Below the pieces are notes generated by a model. It saw only the letters and a list, made by a program, of their open reading frames with translations, had not been told where the DNA came from and searched no databases. 64,000 nt of DNA from a phage. Position 1 is the stretch's first letter, and every line of letters begins with the position of its first letter. Below are positions 34,178-43,577 of this stretch, piece by piece. The translations under genes and the position numbers were made by a program. The DNA is taken from the sequence record PZ583742.1; one strand, written 5' to 3'.

Positions 34178-34462
34178 ATGATTATGTCTGACGGAAGTTT
34201 AGTTAATCTGCAAAATGTCGCACGGTGTATTATGGAAGCAGGCCTGAGGAAGGTGCAGGGGCTCCCAGATAACGACAGGAAGCGAAGTTACTTGTTAGCG
34301 GTAAGAACAACAGCCATGAGCATTAAGGCTGGCCAGAAGGTCCCTGAGGAGCGAATTGAAGCACTCCTTGCATTGATATACCATGGCCAAGAACATAAAG
34401 CTACCATGCGTAGTATGAGAAAAATATTGCAGGAGATTGGAAATGACGAACTTCAAAGTTAA
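34178..34462 (+). CDS. hypothetical protein (94 aa)
   Basis: GAGGTG SD then ATG. Confidence 0.4.
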   Translation: MIMSDGSLVNLQNVARCIMEAGLRKVQGLPDNDRKRSYLLAVRTTAMSIKAGQKVPEERIEALLALIYHGQEHKATMRSMRKILQEIGNDELQS

Positions 34463-34646
34463 TATGGAACTGTTTGATAAGGCTATCCATAAAGAATACC
34501 GTGTTATCCAACGATTTTTTGATATAAGAGAAGCTGAAGAGTTTAAAGAACGCTTCAAAGAAATCCGTATTAAAATAGCTTCAGACACCGCAACAAAGGA
34601 TGAACTTCTTGAAGTTGCAGAATTAATCAAACGTAACATAAAGTGA
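34443..34646 (+). CDS. hypothetical protein (67 aa)
   Basis: AGGAG SD then ATG 34443 (ORF-track TTG start 34437 less likely). Confidence 0.4.
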   Translation: MTNFKVNMELFDKAIHKEYRVIQRFFDIREAEEFKERFKEIRIKIASDTATKDELLEVAELIKRNIK

Positions 34647-34653
34647 GAAAAAC

Positions 34654-36888
34654 ATGATTTTAGAAACTGAAAAAGAAACAATCCTTGGTAATGGTGCCAA
34701 AGCATCAGCATTCACAATCCAGGCATCTCCAAAGGTGTTTAAGATTCTGACCAGCGACCTTTATACAAACAAGGTGCGCGCGGTTGTTCGTGAGCTGATT
34801 ACCAATATGATTGATGCTCATATGCTCAATGGCTGTCAGGATAAATTCATTGTTCAAGCTCCTGGCGAACTGGACCCACGTTTTGTATGTCGTGACTTTG
34901 GTCCAGGTATGAGTGATTTCCAGATTCGTGGTGATGAAAATACCCCAGGTCTGTATAACAGTTTCTTTGCATCATCCAAGGCTGAATCCAACGATTTTAT
35001 TGGTGGCTTTGGTCTGGGTTCTAAATCTCCGTTCAGTTATACAGAGACGTTTAGCCTGATTTCATATCATGATGGTCAAGTTAATGGTTATGTCGCTTAT
35101 ATGGACGGCGATGGTCCACAGATTAAGCCAACCTTTAGCGAACCAATGAAACCTGGCGACCGCACAGGGATTGAAGTTGTTGTCCCGGTTGATAGTAATG
35201 ATTTTGGTAAGTTCCGCCACGAGATTGCATATATCATGCGCCCATTTGCTGGACTGGCTGAAGTACAAGGCGTAGGCGAAATTAATTATTTCCCGGAATT
35301 TGATGATTATTATGCTCCAGAGCGTATTGATTATAGCAGCCCAGAACGTTATGGACTTTATGCAATTTATGGCGGAATTGTTTATCCGATTGATGGCGGG
35401 TATACAAAGAAAACCTGGATGACTGCCAAAAATGATGTTGTCTTTATTAAGTTCCCGATGGGTTCGCTGGATATCGCACCTTCTCGTGAAGCATTATCGC
35501 TGGACAAACGTACGGTCGCAAATATCGTTGAACGTATTGAAACCCTTGATAAGAAAGTCATGGAAGACGATTGTAAGAAATGGCAGGAATCAGAATGTCT
35601 CCGCCATACATATCGCGAATTGCAGAATCTGAATTATGAAGCTCGTAATTTTCTGAAAGCTCGTAATGCTGAAACGAAATTTACGAAATCACAATTGACC
35701 TTTAACCAGATGTACGAAATGTTCGAGCTGGACAAAGACCTTATTAATGCCGGGGTTGTTTATGATATCTATCGTGACACTCGTCTGAAACGTCTGCGCA
35801 ACTCAAGCTCAAACTCGAACACAGCAAGTCTGACGAGCATGTTTGGTATTCAGAATGATACCTTGAACATTGTTATTGATGATGTTAAAGGGCGAATTGC
35901 GATGATTCGCGGTATCAGTTCAATGTTGTATGATACCAGTGCAAAAGCCAAAAAGCTTATTGCATCTGGTAAAGTCCCGACTCGTCAGGGTAGTAGTTTA
36001 CTGTTTGTTGACCCGACCAGCGAAATTCAAACACGGTTGATGGTTCAACTCCAGGAACGATTTAAAGGCGATACAGTTAATATCTATCGTACGTCTGAAC
36101 TGACTGCCCTTGTAAAAGACTGGATTCCGGTTGCGGACCCGAAAGAGCGTGTTAAGTCAAAGACTCCATCGGTGATTCGTTGGACTAAAACTAATGGCAA
36201 ATGGCAGTCTGTTGAAGAATTTACATGTGCAGCTGATGCAGAGGAAATCGATGGTTATGCTGTATTCATTAACCGCAGTAGCATTTCCCCGTTGAATCAG
36301 GAATATGGCACCACGACCTTCGGGACCCAGACATTGTGTAAACTGGCAAACCTGTTGGAAATCAATGAATTCTGTGTTATTCGTCCACAGCTTCAGAAAA
36401 AGGTTACCAAGCTGGCGCAGTGTGATTGTCTGATTGAAGCTGCGGTCAATCGTTATGTAGAATTGATTGATGCGGTTGATGTGGACCAGTACATTGCCGC
36501 TTCAAGCCGTTCGCGTTATTATATTCCTATCCTGTCTGAATATGCAGAACTGAATTTTATGTTCAAGTATTTTTATGCAAAAGATGTTCAGAAAGATGTG
36601 AATACTGACTATGCCGAACTAATGCAGTTCAATAAGTTCTTTGCTTATAACGCATATAACAGTGGAACGGTTGATAAAACCATGCAGGAAACACTGGTCC
36701 TTTGTAATAAGATTTATTACGACCTGACCAAAAACGCTTCAGTAACAAGCGATAAAATGGTTTTTGAATTTGAAAAGAATCACCCGATTGTTTCACACTT
36801 TTTATATAACCGTAACGCTATGTCAACTGAACAAGTACAGAACGTTGCTCAAATCATGAAGGCCGTGGAAGCGGCCAATAAGGAATAA
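34654..36888 (+). CDS. rIIA: rIIA protein (GHKL-type ATPase fold)
   Basis: N-terminus MILETEKETILGNG and N-box VRELITNMIDA match T4 rIIA; 744 aa. Confidence 0.9.
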   Translation: MILETEKETILGNGAKASAFTIQASPKVFKILTSDLYTNKVRAVVRELITNMIDAHMLNGCQDKFIVQAPGELDPRFVCRDFGPGMSDFQIRGDENTPGLYNSFFASSKAESNDFIGGFGLGSKSPFSYTETFSLISYHDGQVNGYVAYMDGDGPQIKPTFSEPMKPGDRTGIEVVVPVDSNDFGKFRHEIAYIMRPFAGLAEVQGVGEINYFPEFDDYYAPERIDYSSPERYGLYAIYGGIVYPIDGGYTKKTWMTAKNDVVFIKFPMGSLDIAPSREALSLDKRTVANIVERIETLDKKVMEDDCKKWQESECLRHTYRELQNLNYEARNFLKARNAETKFTKSQLTFNQMYEMFELDKDLINAGVVYDIYRDTRLKRLRNSSSNSNTASLTSMFGIQNDTLNIVIDDVKGRIAMIRGISSMLYDTSAKAKKLIASGKVPTRQGSSLLFVDPTSEIQTRLMVQLQERFKGDTVNIYRTSELTALVKDWIPVADPKERVKSKTPSVIRWTKTNGKWQSVEEFTCAADAEEIDGYAVFINRSSISPLNQEYGTTTFGTQTLCKLANLLEINEFCVIRPQLQKKVTKLAQCDCLIEAAVNRYVELIDAVDVDQYIAASSRSRYYIPILSEYAELNFMFKYFYAKDVQKDVNTDYAELMQFNKFFAYNAYNSGTVDKTMQETLVLCNKIYYDLTKNASVTSDKMVFEFEKNHPIVSHFLYNRNAMSTEQVQNVAQIMKAVEAANKE

Positions 36889-36889
36889 T

Positions 36890-37861
36890 ATGTTTAATAT
36901 CAAATGTATGTCTAAAGCCGAACAAGCTGATGTGGTCCAGATGTATTCAACAGGCAATTATACCCAGCCTGAATTGGCAGAATATTTTGCCGTGTCCGTC
37001 GACACCATTCGCCGCGTTTTGAAAAATGATAAAGAATCAAAATTAGCTAAAACCATTTCTGCATCACTGAAAGCAGCTGTTGGCGTGGCGATTAATGCTC
37101 CGGTGACAGTAACGGTTGAAGTCCCGGTTACTGATACAATCGGTGGAAGCCGCCCGGAAATCGTATGGAACGCATCGAGTAAATTCGTTTCCATCACTGA
37201 AGGCCGTACAGTCTGGAACGCAACAAAAGACCATAAACACTTTGATGATATTATTCAGGCATTGATTGAATTCCGTTATGAAGATGCTATCGAGTTTATC
37301 TCAATCAAAGCTGCAGTACAAAAATATGTGAAAGGTGATGTGCGTATTGAAGGTGGTAGTTTGTTCTATCAGGGAATTGAACTGCGCTCTGGCCTGGTTA
37401 CTCGTATCATTGATTCAATGCAAAATGGTGAAGACTTTGAATTCTATCTGCCGTTCCTTGAGAATCTCCTTGAGAATCCGAGTGAGAAAGCTGTACAGCG
37501 TTTGTTTGACTTCCTGGTTGCAAACGATATCGAAATCACCGAAGACGGTCATTTCATCGCATGGAAAATGGTTCGTGCAACTTACAAAGATTGTCACTCA
37601 AACACATTCGACAACAGCCCTGGTCAATATGTTAAAATGCCGCGCTCTCGTGTGAATGACAATGACGAACAGACCTGTTCAACCGGGTTGCATGTTTGCT
37701 CTAAAGGCTATATCGGAAGTGGTTTTGGTCATGGTGATGGACGCATCGTATCCTGTAAAGTTCACCCGCGTGATGTTGTAAGTATCCCGGTGGATTATGG
37801 GGATAGTAAGATGAGGGTCTGTGGTTACCTGGTCCTTGATGATGTAACTGAACAATTTTAA
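36890..37861 (+). CDS. rIIB: rIIB protein
   Basis: MFNIKCMSKAEQ...VSVDTIRRVLKN and C-terminal HVCSK...VHPRDVVSIP match T4 rIIB. Confidence 0.9.
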   Translation: MFNIKCMSKAEQADVVQMYSTGNYTQPELAEYFAVSVDTIRRVLKNDKESKLAKTISASLKAAVGVAINAPVTVTVEVPVTDTIGGSRPEIVWNASSKFVSITEGRTVWNATKDHKHFDDIIQALIEFRYEDAIEFISIKAAVQKYVKGDVRIEGGSLFYQGIELRSGLVTRIIDSMQNGEDFEFYLPFLENLLENPSEKAVQRLFDFLVANDIEITEDGHFIAWKMVRATYKDCHSNTFDNSPGQYVKMPRSRVNDNDEQTCSTGLHVCSKGYIGSGFGHGDGRIVSCKVHPRDVVSIPVDYGDSKMRVCGYLVLDDVTEQF

Positions 37862-37868
37862 ATTAATC

Positions 37869-37882
37869 GGGGCTTCGGCCCC
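37869..37882 (+). other. UUCG-tetraloop hairpin (no T run) before next SD
   Basis: GGGGC-TTCG-GCCCC, same element as 6091-6104. Confidence 0.5.
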
Positions 37883-37894
37883 TAATGAGGCTTT

Positions 37895-38092
37895 ATGTTA
37901 GGTTTCCAAGCACGTGTAGTTGAAGAATACGACCAGCTGGTTTTGAAAATCAATGCTCTTGAAGAATTTATTAAGGGCGGTGTTTTTGAAACTCTTGACA
38001 TCCGTCAACAAGGTCTTTTGATTGCACAACTCGACGCGATGGGCGCTTATGCTCATATACTGGCAGTTCGTATCTCTTATTTTGGTGAATAA
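37895..38092 (+). CDS. hypothetical protein (65 aa)
   Basis: GAGG SD then ATG. Confidence 0.4.
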   Translation: MLGFQARVVEEYDQLVLKINALEEFIKGGVFETLDIRQQGLLIAQLDAMGAYAHILAVRISYFGE

Positions 38093-38095
38093 ATT

Positions 38096-38416
38096 ATGAT
38101 TAACTATATGAACGTTGGTGATGAATCTATTAACGAAATTCGGTTGCATGGTAATCATGTTGCGGATATTGTTTATTGTGTTGATTGCCATTATGCTTCT
38201 ACAAAGTCAACTGGCCGGTTATATGCGAGAGACATCATTCTTGCAACGAAAGAAGAACTTCGTAGTCTGGACCATTCCACTCTAGCCGAAAGTGCCAGAA
38301 TTTATTATGGCGTCGTTCATGTAGACAAAGTTTATATTGGCAGTGATTATCAAGAGCAAGCTGAGCAAAATTCTTTGGATATTGTCGAAAAATCCGATAT
38401 GTATTTTAAAGGATGA
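38096..38416 (+). CDS. hypothetical protein (106 aa)
   Basis: ATG 3 nt after preceding stop. Confidence 0.4.
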   Translation: MINYMNVGDESINEIRLHGNHVADIVYCVDCHYASTKSTGRLYARDIILATKEELRSLDHSTLAESARIYYGVVHVDKVYIGSDYQEQAEQNSLDIVEKSDMYFKG

Positions 38417-38420
38417 GCTG

Positions 38421-39014
38421 ATGATTCAGAAGAGTAAAACATGGGAGCATCTGAAAAAGATGCCCTCCTTTCTTTATACAAAGGAAGACTTAACCCCTGA
38501 ATCCCTGCAAAAGATTGTAGACACGGCTAGGTATTCATTGCGTAAAGACCCAGGTCAGGACCGTGAGCAAGTCATGCAAAGATGTATGGTGGCCACAATG
38601 GCTGAACAAGCTATTGCTAAATGGACCTCCGGTTTTTTATGTGGCGGTGATGAAGATTACGATAATCCTTATTCCTTTGCATTTGATGTAGTTTCGAAGG
38701 AAGGGGTAAGAATCGAAGTCAAGACTCATCAGTCTGGTTCCAAATGGATATCCGTGCATACTGGTCACCAGGGTGATTATCCGCATGGTTACGGGGTCAA
38801 TCTTGGTCCTTTTATGCAACACAAGCTTGCTGACCTTATGATTATGTTTAATGTAAAAGAGACTCTCAAAGGTTATAGATTTAAACCAAAATTCCTTGCT
38901 GGACCTGGTGCTTTCGTTCCTGAGTCTGGTCTTGTGCAGAAGTCACAAGGGGATGGTTGGTACCTCCGTTCTTGTTCAGAAGAAAAATTTCCCTATCACC
39001 GGTTTACAAGCTGA
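38421..39014 (+). CDS. hypothetical protein (197 aa), possible PD-(D/E)xK nuclease
   Basis: FAFDVV...RIEVKT resembles a D...E-x-K core; lies where T4 denB sits, but I cannot confirm similarity. Confidence 0.35.
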   Translation: MIQKSKTWEHLKKMPSFLYTKEDLTPESLQKIVDTARYSLRKDPGQDREQVMQRCMVATMAEQAIAKWTSGFLCGGDEDYDNPYSFAFDVVSKEGVRIEVKTHQSGSKWISVHTGHQGDYPHGYGVNLGPFMQHKLADLMIMFNVKETLKGYRFKPKFLAGPGAFVPESGLVQKSQGDGWYLRSCSEEKFPYHRFTS

Positions 39015-39026
39015 ACCAACTGTGTA

Positions 39027-39060
39027 ATAATGTCCTCATACCAACAAATGAGGACATTAT
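39027..39060 (+). promoter_or_regulatory. SD-sequestering hairpin (translational control element)
   Basis: 13-bp perfect stem ATAATGTCCTCAT/ATGAGGACATTAT; 3' arm contains GAGGA SD and ends 2 nt before ATG 39062. Confidence 0.5.
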
Positions 39061-39061
39061 C

Positions 39062-39337
39062 ATGGAACACGTTACTACTCACAACATCAAACAAATCCTT
39101 ATCCAAGCACTCAAAAACAACAACATCAATTTTCCAACCCATGAAATTTTTGATGTGGCATTCAACGAAGTCCAGGGTCAAGTTGCATATTATGACGTTA
39201 TCATTTATCTTTCAGAATTTGAAGTATACCACCTGACTGAAATTGCTTTCTATCTATATCGTGGGACTGCAGATTTTACTGGGGTCGTGAATGCAGTTGG
39301 CGCATATAAAGAAGTTAAAGAACAAATGCACAATTAA
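39062..39337 (+). CDS. hypothetical protein (91 aa)
   Basis: ATG directly after the hairpin. Confidence 0.4.
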   Translation: MEHVTTHNIKQILIQALKNNNINFPTHEIFDVAFNEVQGQVAYYDVIIYLSEFEVYHLTEIAFYLYRGTADFTGVVNAVGAYKEVKEQMHN

Positions 39338-39348
39338 TTAAAAAGTAG

Positions 39349-39378
39349 TGTACATCAGTATGGAGTCTATTGTATAAT
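39349..39378 (+). promoter_or_regulatory. early sigma70 promoter
   Basis: TGTACA, 18-nt spacer, TATAAT; CCATACTGAGTTAC leader. Confidence 0.55.
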
Positions 39379-39416
39379 GATTCCATACTGAGTTACCAAA
39401 CAGACTGGAGAATAAA

Positions 39417-39572
39417 ATGAAACCTGCTCAATATGCAATGACTTTATACCTTGAAGTTAATGGCGATATTACTGAATTTTTTAAATTAATGCAACAGCGC
39501 GGAAAAAGTTTTGCAGTTACTGAGCGTCAATTTTACGCGTGTCGCAAAAATACATACAATCGTTATGCATGA
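39417..39572 (+). CDS. hypothetical small protein (51 aa)
   Basis: GGAGAATAAA SD region then ATG. Confidence 0.35.
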   Translation: MKPAQYAMTLYLEVNGDITEFFKLMQQRGKSFAVTERQFYACRKNTYNRYA

Positions 39573-39582
39573 GGAAAACAAA

Positions 39583-39780
39583 ATGGATATCAAATTATAT
39601 TACGCCAAGCACAAAGTTACAGGTATGGTTGTTGCTGCCATGTATGATGCGTCAGGTGATGGTGATGATATTACTACAGAATTGTCTCTTTCTGAATGTA
39701 AATTTCTTCGCCCGCTAGTTGCATCAAAGCGTGATTTAAAAAGCTTATTGATGGAAAACTGGATAATGTTGATGGCATAG
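39583..39780 (+). CDS. hypothetical protein (65 aa)
   Basis: GAGGA SD then ATG. Confidence 0.35.
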   Translation: MDIKLYYAKHKVTGMVVAAMYDASGDGDDITTELSLSECKFLRPLVASKRDLKSLLMENWIMLMA

Positions 39781-39940
39781 ATATTCTTTATGACCTTCGC
39801 ACCGCATTGCACAGGGGTCTGATTGAAATAAAAGAGGTGATATTTTGAGCAGCAAAACCTGGTGTCTTATCTGGATGTTGTGTATCCCAGTAATTTGCGT
39901 TTGTTTTAGTTTATTATTAATGAAACTTGCATAAAAGAGT

Positions 39941-39968
39941 TGTACATCTCCGGTGGTTGTAGTATAAT
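39941..39968 (+). promoter_or_regulatory. early sigma70 promoter
   Basis: TGTACA, 16-nt spacer, TATAAT. Confidence 0.5.
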
Positions 39969-39994
39969 GAACCTATCAACTGCTGGAGATGATT

Positions 39995-40105
39995 ATGAAA
40001 AAGTTACTTAAAGTCATTTGGAACATGTTTGTGTTGTTAATGGTATTGAGCATTTTCCCAATCGTTTTTATGATTGACCATGTACGTGTATTCTTTAACT
40101 TCTGA
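39995..40105 (+). CDS. small hydrophobic peptide (36 aa)
   Basis: GGAGA SD then ATG; single TM segment. Confidence 0.3.
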   Translation: MKKLLKVIWNMFVLLMVLSIFPIVFMIDHVRVFFNF

Positions 40106-40115
40106 GGAAAATATT

Positions 40116-40262
40116 ATGGGTAATCGAATTTATAAAGTAAAGCTGCACGGTAAAGTGATTGCAACCCTTAGCTTTAATGCTTATATCAGTGCTGATTGTG
40201 CTCGTGATATCCTCATTGAGGAAGGTTATAGCAAATACATCCAAATTGAAGAAATTCTTTAA
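40116..40262 (+). CDS. hypothetical small protein (48 aa)
   Basis: Leader AACTTCTGAGGAAAATATTATG, repeated before 40280. Confidence 0.35.
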   Translation: MGNRIYKVKLHGKVIATLSFNAYISADCARDILIEEGYSKYIQIEEIL

Positions 40263-40279
40263 CTTCTGAGGAAAACATT

Positions 40280-40492
40280 ATGAAACTTTTTAAAGATGTG
40301 GTAGTCGGCGAGAGCTTTGTATTACATAATGGCCAACAACTGATTCGCATTTCTCCTTTGCAAGTTGGGACCGAATTACAACCTGTTAATGCTACGGACC
40401 TTTATGATTCAACTAAGCGTTTTTGTGTAGGCCCTAGTGTACAGTGCCTTACCGTTGATGAACTGATGGCTATTTCTGTTGACGCTGAATAA
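40280..40492 (+). CDS. hypothetical protein (70 aa)
   Basis: Same leader as previous ORF. Confidence 0.4.
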   Translation: MKLFKDVVVGESFVLHNGQQLIRISPLQVGTELQPVNATDLYDSTKRFCVGPSVQCLTVDELMAISVDAE

Positions 40493-40502
40493 GGAAAATA
40501 TT

Positions 40503-40847
40503 ATGTCTAAAGTATTTTTTGGTAATCGCAACATTATGTTCTTTAAACAGATTAGCGTATCAGAAGCATTTGATTTAAGTTATTCAGGTGGTACAAAGGC
40601 TGTTAACCTTAAAAATTTGATGTCTGCAGAATTTGCATTCTATCAGGACCCTGAAACTGGTTTCTACAAATTTATTAAGTTCCGCATGACTATGGACCGC
40701 GATTATCGCGATGTTTATTATACAAGTTATGAAAGTGTTATCAATGCAATTCGTGAAGCTTATGGATTGGATTCGTTATCTCTTGACCGCCTGTATAATG
40801 CAAGCCTTTACACCAGCGGATTTATTTTAGAACAACTTCAAAAATAG
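40503..40847 (+). CDS. hypothetical protein (114 aa)
   Basis: AAGGA SD then ATG 40503. Confidence 0.4.
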   Translation: MSKVFFGNRNIMFFKQISVSEAFDLSYSGGTKAVNLKNLMSAEFAFYQDPETGFYKFIKFRMTMDRDYRDVYYTSYESVINAIREAYGLDSLSLDRLYNASLYTSGFILEQLQK

Positions 40848-40889
40848 TGTACAAACTCATGGGGTCAGAGTATAATGACCCCACTGGAG
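40846..40889 (+). repeat. 44-bp promoter/stem-loop cassette, copy 2
   Basis: See 29597-29640. Confidence 0.85.
40848..40876 (+). promoter_or_regulatory. early promoter with stem-loop across the -10
   Basis: TGTACA, TATAAT 40871-40876, GGGGTCA/TGACCCC stem. Confidence 0.55.
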
Positions 40890-40920
40890 CACAAAACTTT
40901 AACTTACTGAGGAAATTAAT

Positions 40921-41370
40921 ATGACTACTTACATGACCCGTCGTGACGTACTGAATGCTGGCGCTACCACTGTTGCTTACATCCATAATGGCAATTATGT
41001 TGCAGGGCGTCCAACTAAAGAAGCTATCACTCAACCAGGTTTTTATTTCGTGGTTAAAGGTGAAGGTGAATCACGTATTGTTGCCGCACGTTTTTATGTT
41101 GGTAACCAACGTTCACAACAAGGGTTTGACACTGTATTAAGTCACATCCGCAAACAGCGTTCTCAACTGTCTCGCACAATGGCGAACAATGGGGTTATCT
41201 ATGAAGTCCTGTTTGTCCCAGTTTCTAAAATGAAACCTCTGACAACTGGTTACGGTAAAGGTCAAATTGCGATGGCGTTCACTCGCTCACATAATTCTGA
41301 TTGTCAGACCCTTTCAGAAATGAATCGCATGCTTGCTGATAACTTTAAATTCATTCTGCAGAGCTATTAA
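40921..41370 (+). CDS. hypothetical protein (149 aa); Ndd-like by position and size only
   Basis: GAGGAAA SD then ATG; no motif I can verify. Confidence 0.35.
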   Translation: MTTYMTRRDVLNAGATTVAYIHNGNYVAGRPTKEAITQPGFYFVVKGEGESRIVAARFYVGNQRSQQGFDTVLSHIRKQRSQLSRTMANNGVIYEVLFVPVSKMKPLTTGYGKGQIAMAFTRSHNSDCQTLSEMNRMLADNFKFILQSY

Positions 41371-41431
41371 TATGAGTAATTTCCATAATGAGCACGTGAT
41401 GCAATGGCATCGTCATAATCTGAAATTAACT

Positions 41432-41447
41432 GGCGTCTTTGGACGCC
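41432..41447 (+). other. hairpin immediately upstream of an SD
   Basis: GGCGTC-TTTG-GACGCC followed by CCTGAGGAAAACATG. Confidence 0.4.
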
Positions 41448-41459
41448 CCTGAGGAAAAC

Positions 41460-41624
41460 ATGCAATCAGTTTTTACTTTTATCTGGCTCGTAGCTGTTAT
41501 CGTTGCTGTGACTCTTTTTGCTACAGGTGTATGGGTCCCAAGTACTCTTTTTGCAGGATTTATTTGCACATGGTTTGTACTGGATGCCTTAGTTAAATTT
41601 CTTGAATCGGCTATTAATAAATGA
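41460..41624 (+). CDS. small membrane protein (54 aa)
   Basis: TM segment FIWLVAVIVAVTLFATGVW. Confidence 0.35.
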   Translation: MQSVFTFIWLVAVIVAVTLFATGVWVPSTLFAGFICTWFVLDALVKFLESAINK

Positions 41625-41761
41625 TTAAGAAAATCCTGGGCTACTCGTTAGCCCTTGCTGCCTTATTGGTAGCGCTGTATTATGGAGTTGTATTTGCATT
41701 AGTGCAGGTTGTGCTTTTTATTTCTGATGCTATAATGGCAGTACATTCGTTAATCTGGTAA
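41621..41761 (+). CDS. small membrane protein (46 aa)
   Basis: ATGA overlap; hydrophobic throughout. Confidence 0.3.
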   Translation: MIKKILGYSLALAALLVALYYGVVFALVQVVLFISDAIMAVHSLIW

Positions 41762-41769
41762 GGTGATAT

Positions 41770-43149
41770 ATGTCTGACGTTTTAAGTATGATGTCCAAAC
41801 AGTTCAGTGATTCCGTGGGGACCCTTAACCCACGCAGTCTAAAAGACATTATTGATGTGGAAGCATTGTCATATGCTATCTACACTGTGGAAGGTCGTGC
41901 CATCCCAAACATGATTGATGGTTTTAAACCAGTTCACAGATTTGTTATGGCGAGAGCATTAGACCTGGCTCGTGGTGATAAGAATAAATTCCATAAGGTT
42001 GCATCCATCGCAGGTGGCGTAGCTGATTATGGTTATCACCATGGCGAAGCATCAGCGGAAGAAGCAACTTCTGGTCTGGTCGCAACATATAAAAATGAAT
42101 ACCCCATGTTTGATGGACAAGGCAACTTTGGTTCCAGAATGGTGCCAGAAGCATCATCAGCTCGTTATGTATTCGCAAGGGTTTCAAAGAACTTTTATAA
42201 CTTGTTTAAGGATACAGAATATGCTCCGGTCCATCCTGATGAAGAACATAAGCCTCCTGCTTTTTATCTTCCTGTTATTCCTACTGTATTACTTAACGCC
42301 ACTTCTGGGATTGCTGTTGGCTTCGCTACTGATATACTTCCTCATTCGTTCCAGGACGTCAAGGAAGCTGTTAAAGCTATCGTGGAAGGTCGTGAGCCGG
42401 TTGCTCCGAAAGTAAAATATCCAGAATTCCGCGGTGAAGTTGTTGAGCTGGAAGAGCCTGGTAAGTATGAGCTTCATGGCACATACAAAATGACTTCCCG
42501 GACTCAAATGGAAATTACTGAAATCCCGGTCCAATGGAACCTGGAAAAATATACAAGTAAAATACTTGACCCGCTGGAAGAGAAAGGTTTTATCACCTGG
42601 AAAGATAACTGCGGTGAACATGGTTTTGGGTTTAAGATTAAATTCCGCAAAGAATACAAGTTGGATGGCACTGAAGAAGAGAATCATGAGAAAATCATGA
42701 AAGACTTTGGTCTGATTGAGAAACTCTCCCAGAACTTAACTGTGCTTAATCACAAAGGCAAATTAGCTGAATACACCAACACGCTTGACCTGATTCGCGA
42801 TTTCGTGGATGTCCGTAAGACCTATGTTCAAGTGCGAATTGACAGCAAGATTAAAGAAACTGAAGCGGCATTTAAACTGGCCCGTGCGAAAGTCTTCTTT
42901 ATTAAAGAAGTGATTGATGGTAAGGTTATTATCCAGGGGAAACCTCGTAAGAAGTTGATTGAGGAACTCCAGGCGAGTGAAATATATGGCGATTATGCAG
43001 AGAAGTTAGTGGCGATGAACATCTACCATATGACCTCTGATGAAGCCAAGAAGCTTGCAGACGAAGCAAAGGCTAAGAAAGCTGAGCATGAGTACTGGAA
43101 GACAACTGATGTTAAAACTGAATACCTTAATGATTTGGAGGCTCTATGA
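41770..43149 (+). CDS. 52: DNA topoisomerase II medium subunit gp52 (GyrA-like)
   Basis: AIPNMIDGFKPVHRFVMARALDL and C-terminal EYWKTTDV match T4 gp52; 459 aa. Confidence 0.92.
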   Translation: MSDVLSMMSKQFSDSVGTLNPRSLKDIIDVEALSYAIYTVEGRAIPNMIDGFKPVHRFVMARALDLARGDKNKFHKVASIAGGVADYGYHHGEASAEEATSGLVATYKNEYPMFDGQGNFGSRMVPEASSARYVFARVSKNFYNLFKDTEYAPVHPDEEHKPPAFYLPVIPTVLLNATSGIAVGFATDILPHSFQDVKEAVKAIVEGREPVAPKVKYPEFRGEVVELEEPGKYELHGTYKMTSRTQMEITEIPVQWNLEKYTSKILDPLEEKGFITWKDNCGEHGFGFKIKFRKEYKLDGTEEENHEKIMKDFGLIEKLSQNLTVLNHKGKLAEYTNTLDLIRDFVDVRKTYVQVRIDSKIKETEAAFKLARAKVFFIKEVIDGKVIIQGKPRKKLIEELQASEIYGDYAEKLVAMNIYHMTSDEAKKLADEAKAKKAEHEYWKTTDVKTEYLNDLEAL

Positions 43150-43244
43150 GTTTTGGAGTTGAGTTTGCATTGCTTTGTATTTTCGCGGCAATCGCAGGTG
43201 TGATTGTTGGTATGTTTATTGGTAATAAGATAGATAAAGACTAG
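43146..43244 (+). CDS. small hydrophobic peptide (32 aa)
   Basis: ATGA overlap with gp52 stop. Confidence 0.3.
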   Translation: MSFGVEFALLCIFAAIAGVIVGMFIGNKIDKD

Positions 43245-43265
43245 GACCCTTCGGGGTCCTTTTTT
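43243..43265 (+). terminator. intrinsic terminator (UUCG tetraloop)
   Basis: AGGACCC-TTCG-GGGTCCT then TTTTT. Confidence 0.6.
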
Positions 43266-43281
43266 ATTTTAAAAAAAGTAG

Positions 43282-43310
43282 TGTACAATCCCCTTGACCC
43301 GCTGCATAAT
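43282..43310 (+). promoter_or_regulatory. early sigma70 promoter
   Basis: TGTACA 43282-43287, 17-nt spacer, CATAAT 43305-43310. Confidence 0.55.
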
Positions 43311-43359
43311 GATTCCATACTGAGTTACACAATGAATCACAAAAACTTTGGAGAATAAA

Positions 43360-43575
43360 ATGTTTACTGCACAACAGAATGAAGGTCAAGAATACATTAA
43401 CGCTAAATTCAAATCTAATAAAGAAGCTTGTTATTACTACTTTGACATGTTCAAACTGGCAAACTCTAAAGAAGAACGTAAACAAGCGATTGATGTGATT
43501 GTTTCTACTTCCCATATGAAACGTACTGTGGTACAATCATATGCATCAAATTATATGAAATCTATTAAGGGATAA
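43360..43575 (+). CDS. hypothetical protein (71 aa)
   Basis: GGAGAATAAA then ATG. Confidence 0.4.
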   Translation: MFTAQQNEGQEYINAKFKSNKEACYYYFDMFKLANSKEERKQAIDVIVSTSHMKRTVVQSYASNYMKSIKG

Positions 43576-43577
43576 TT

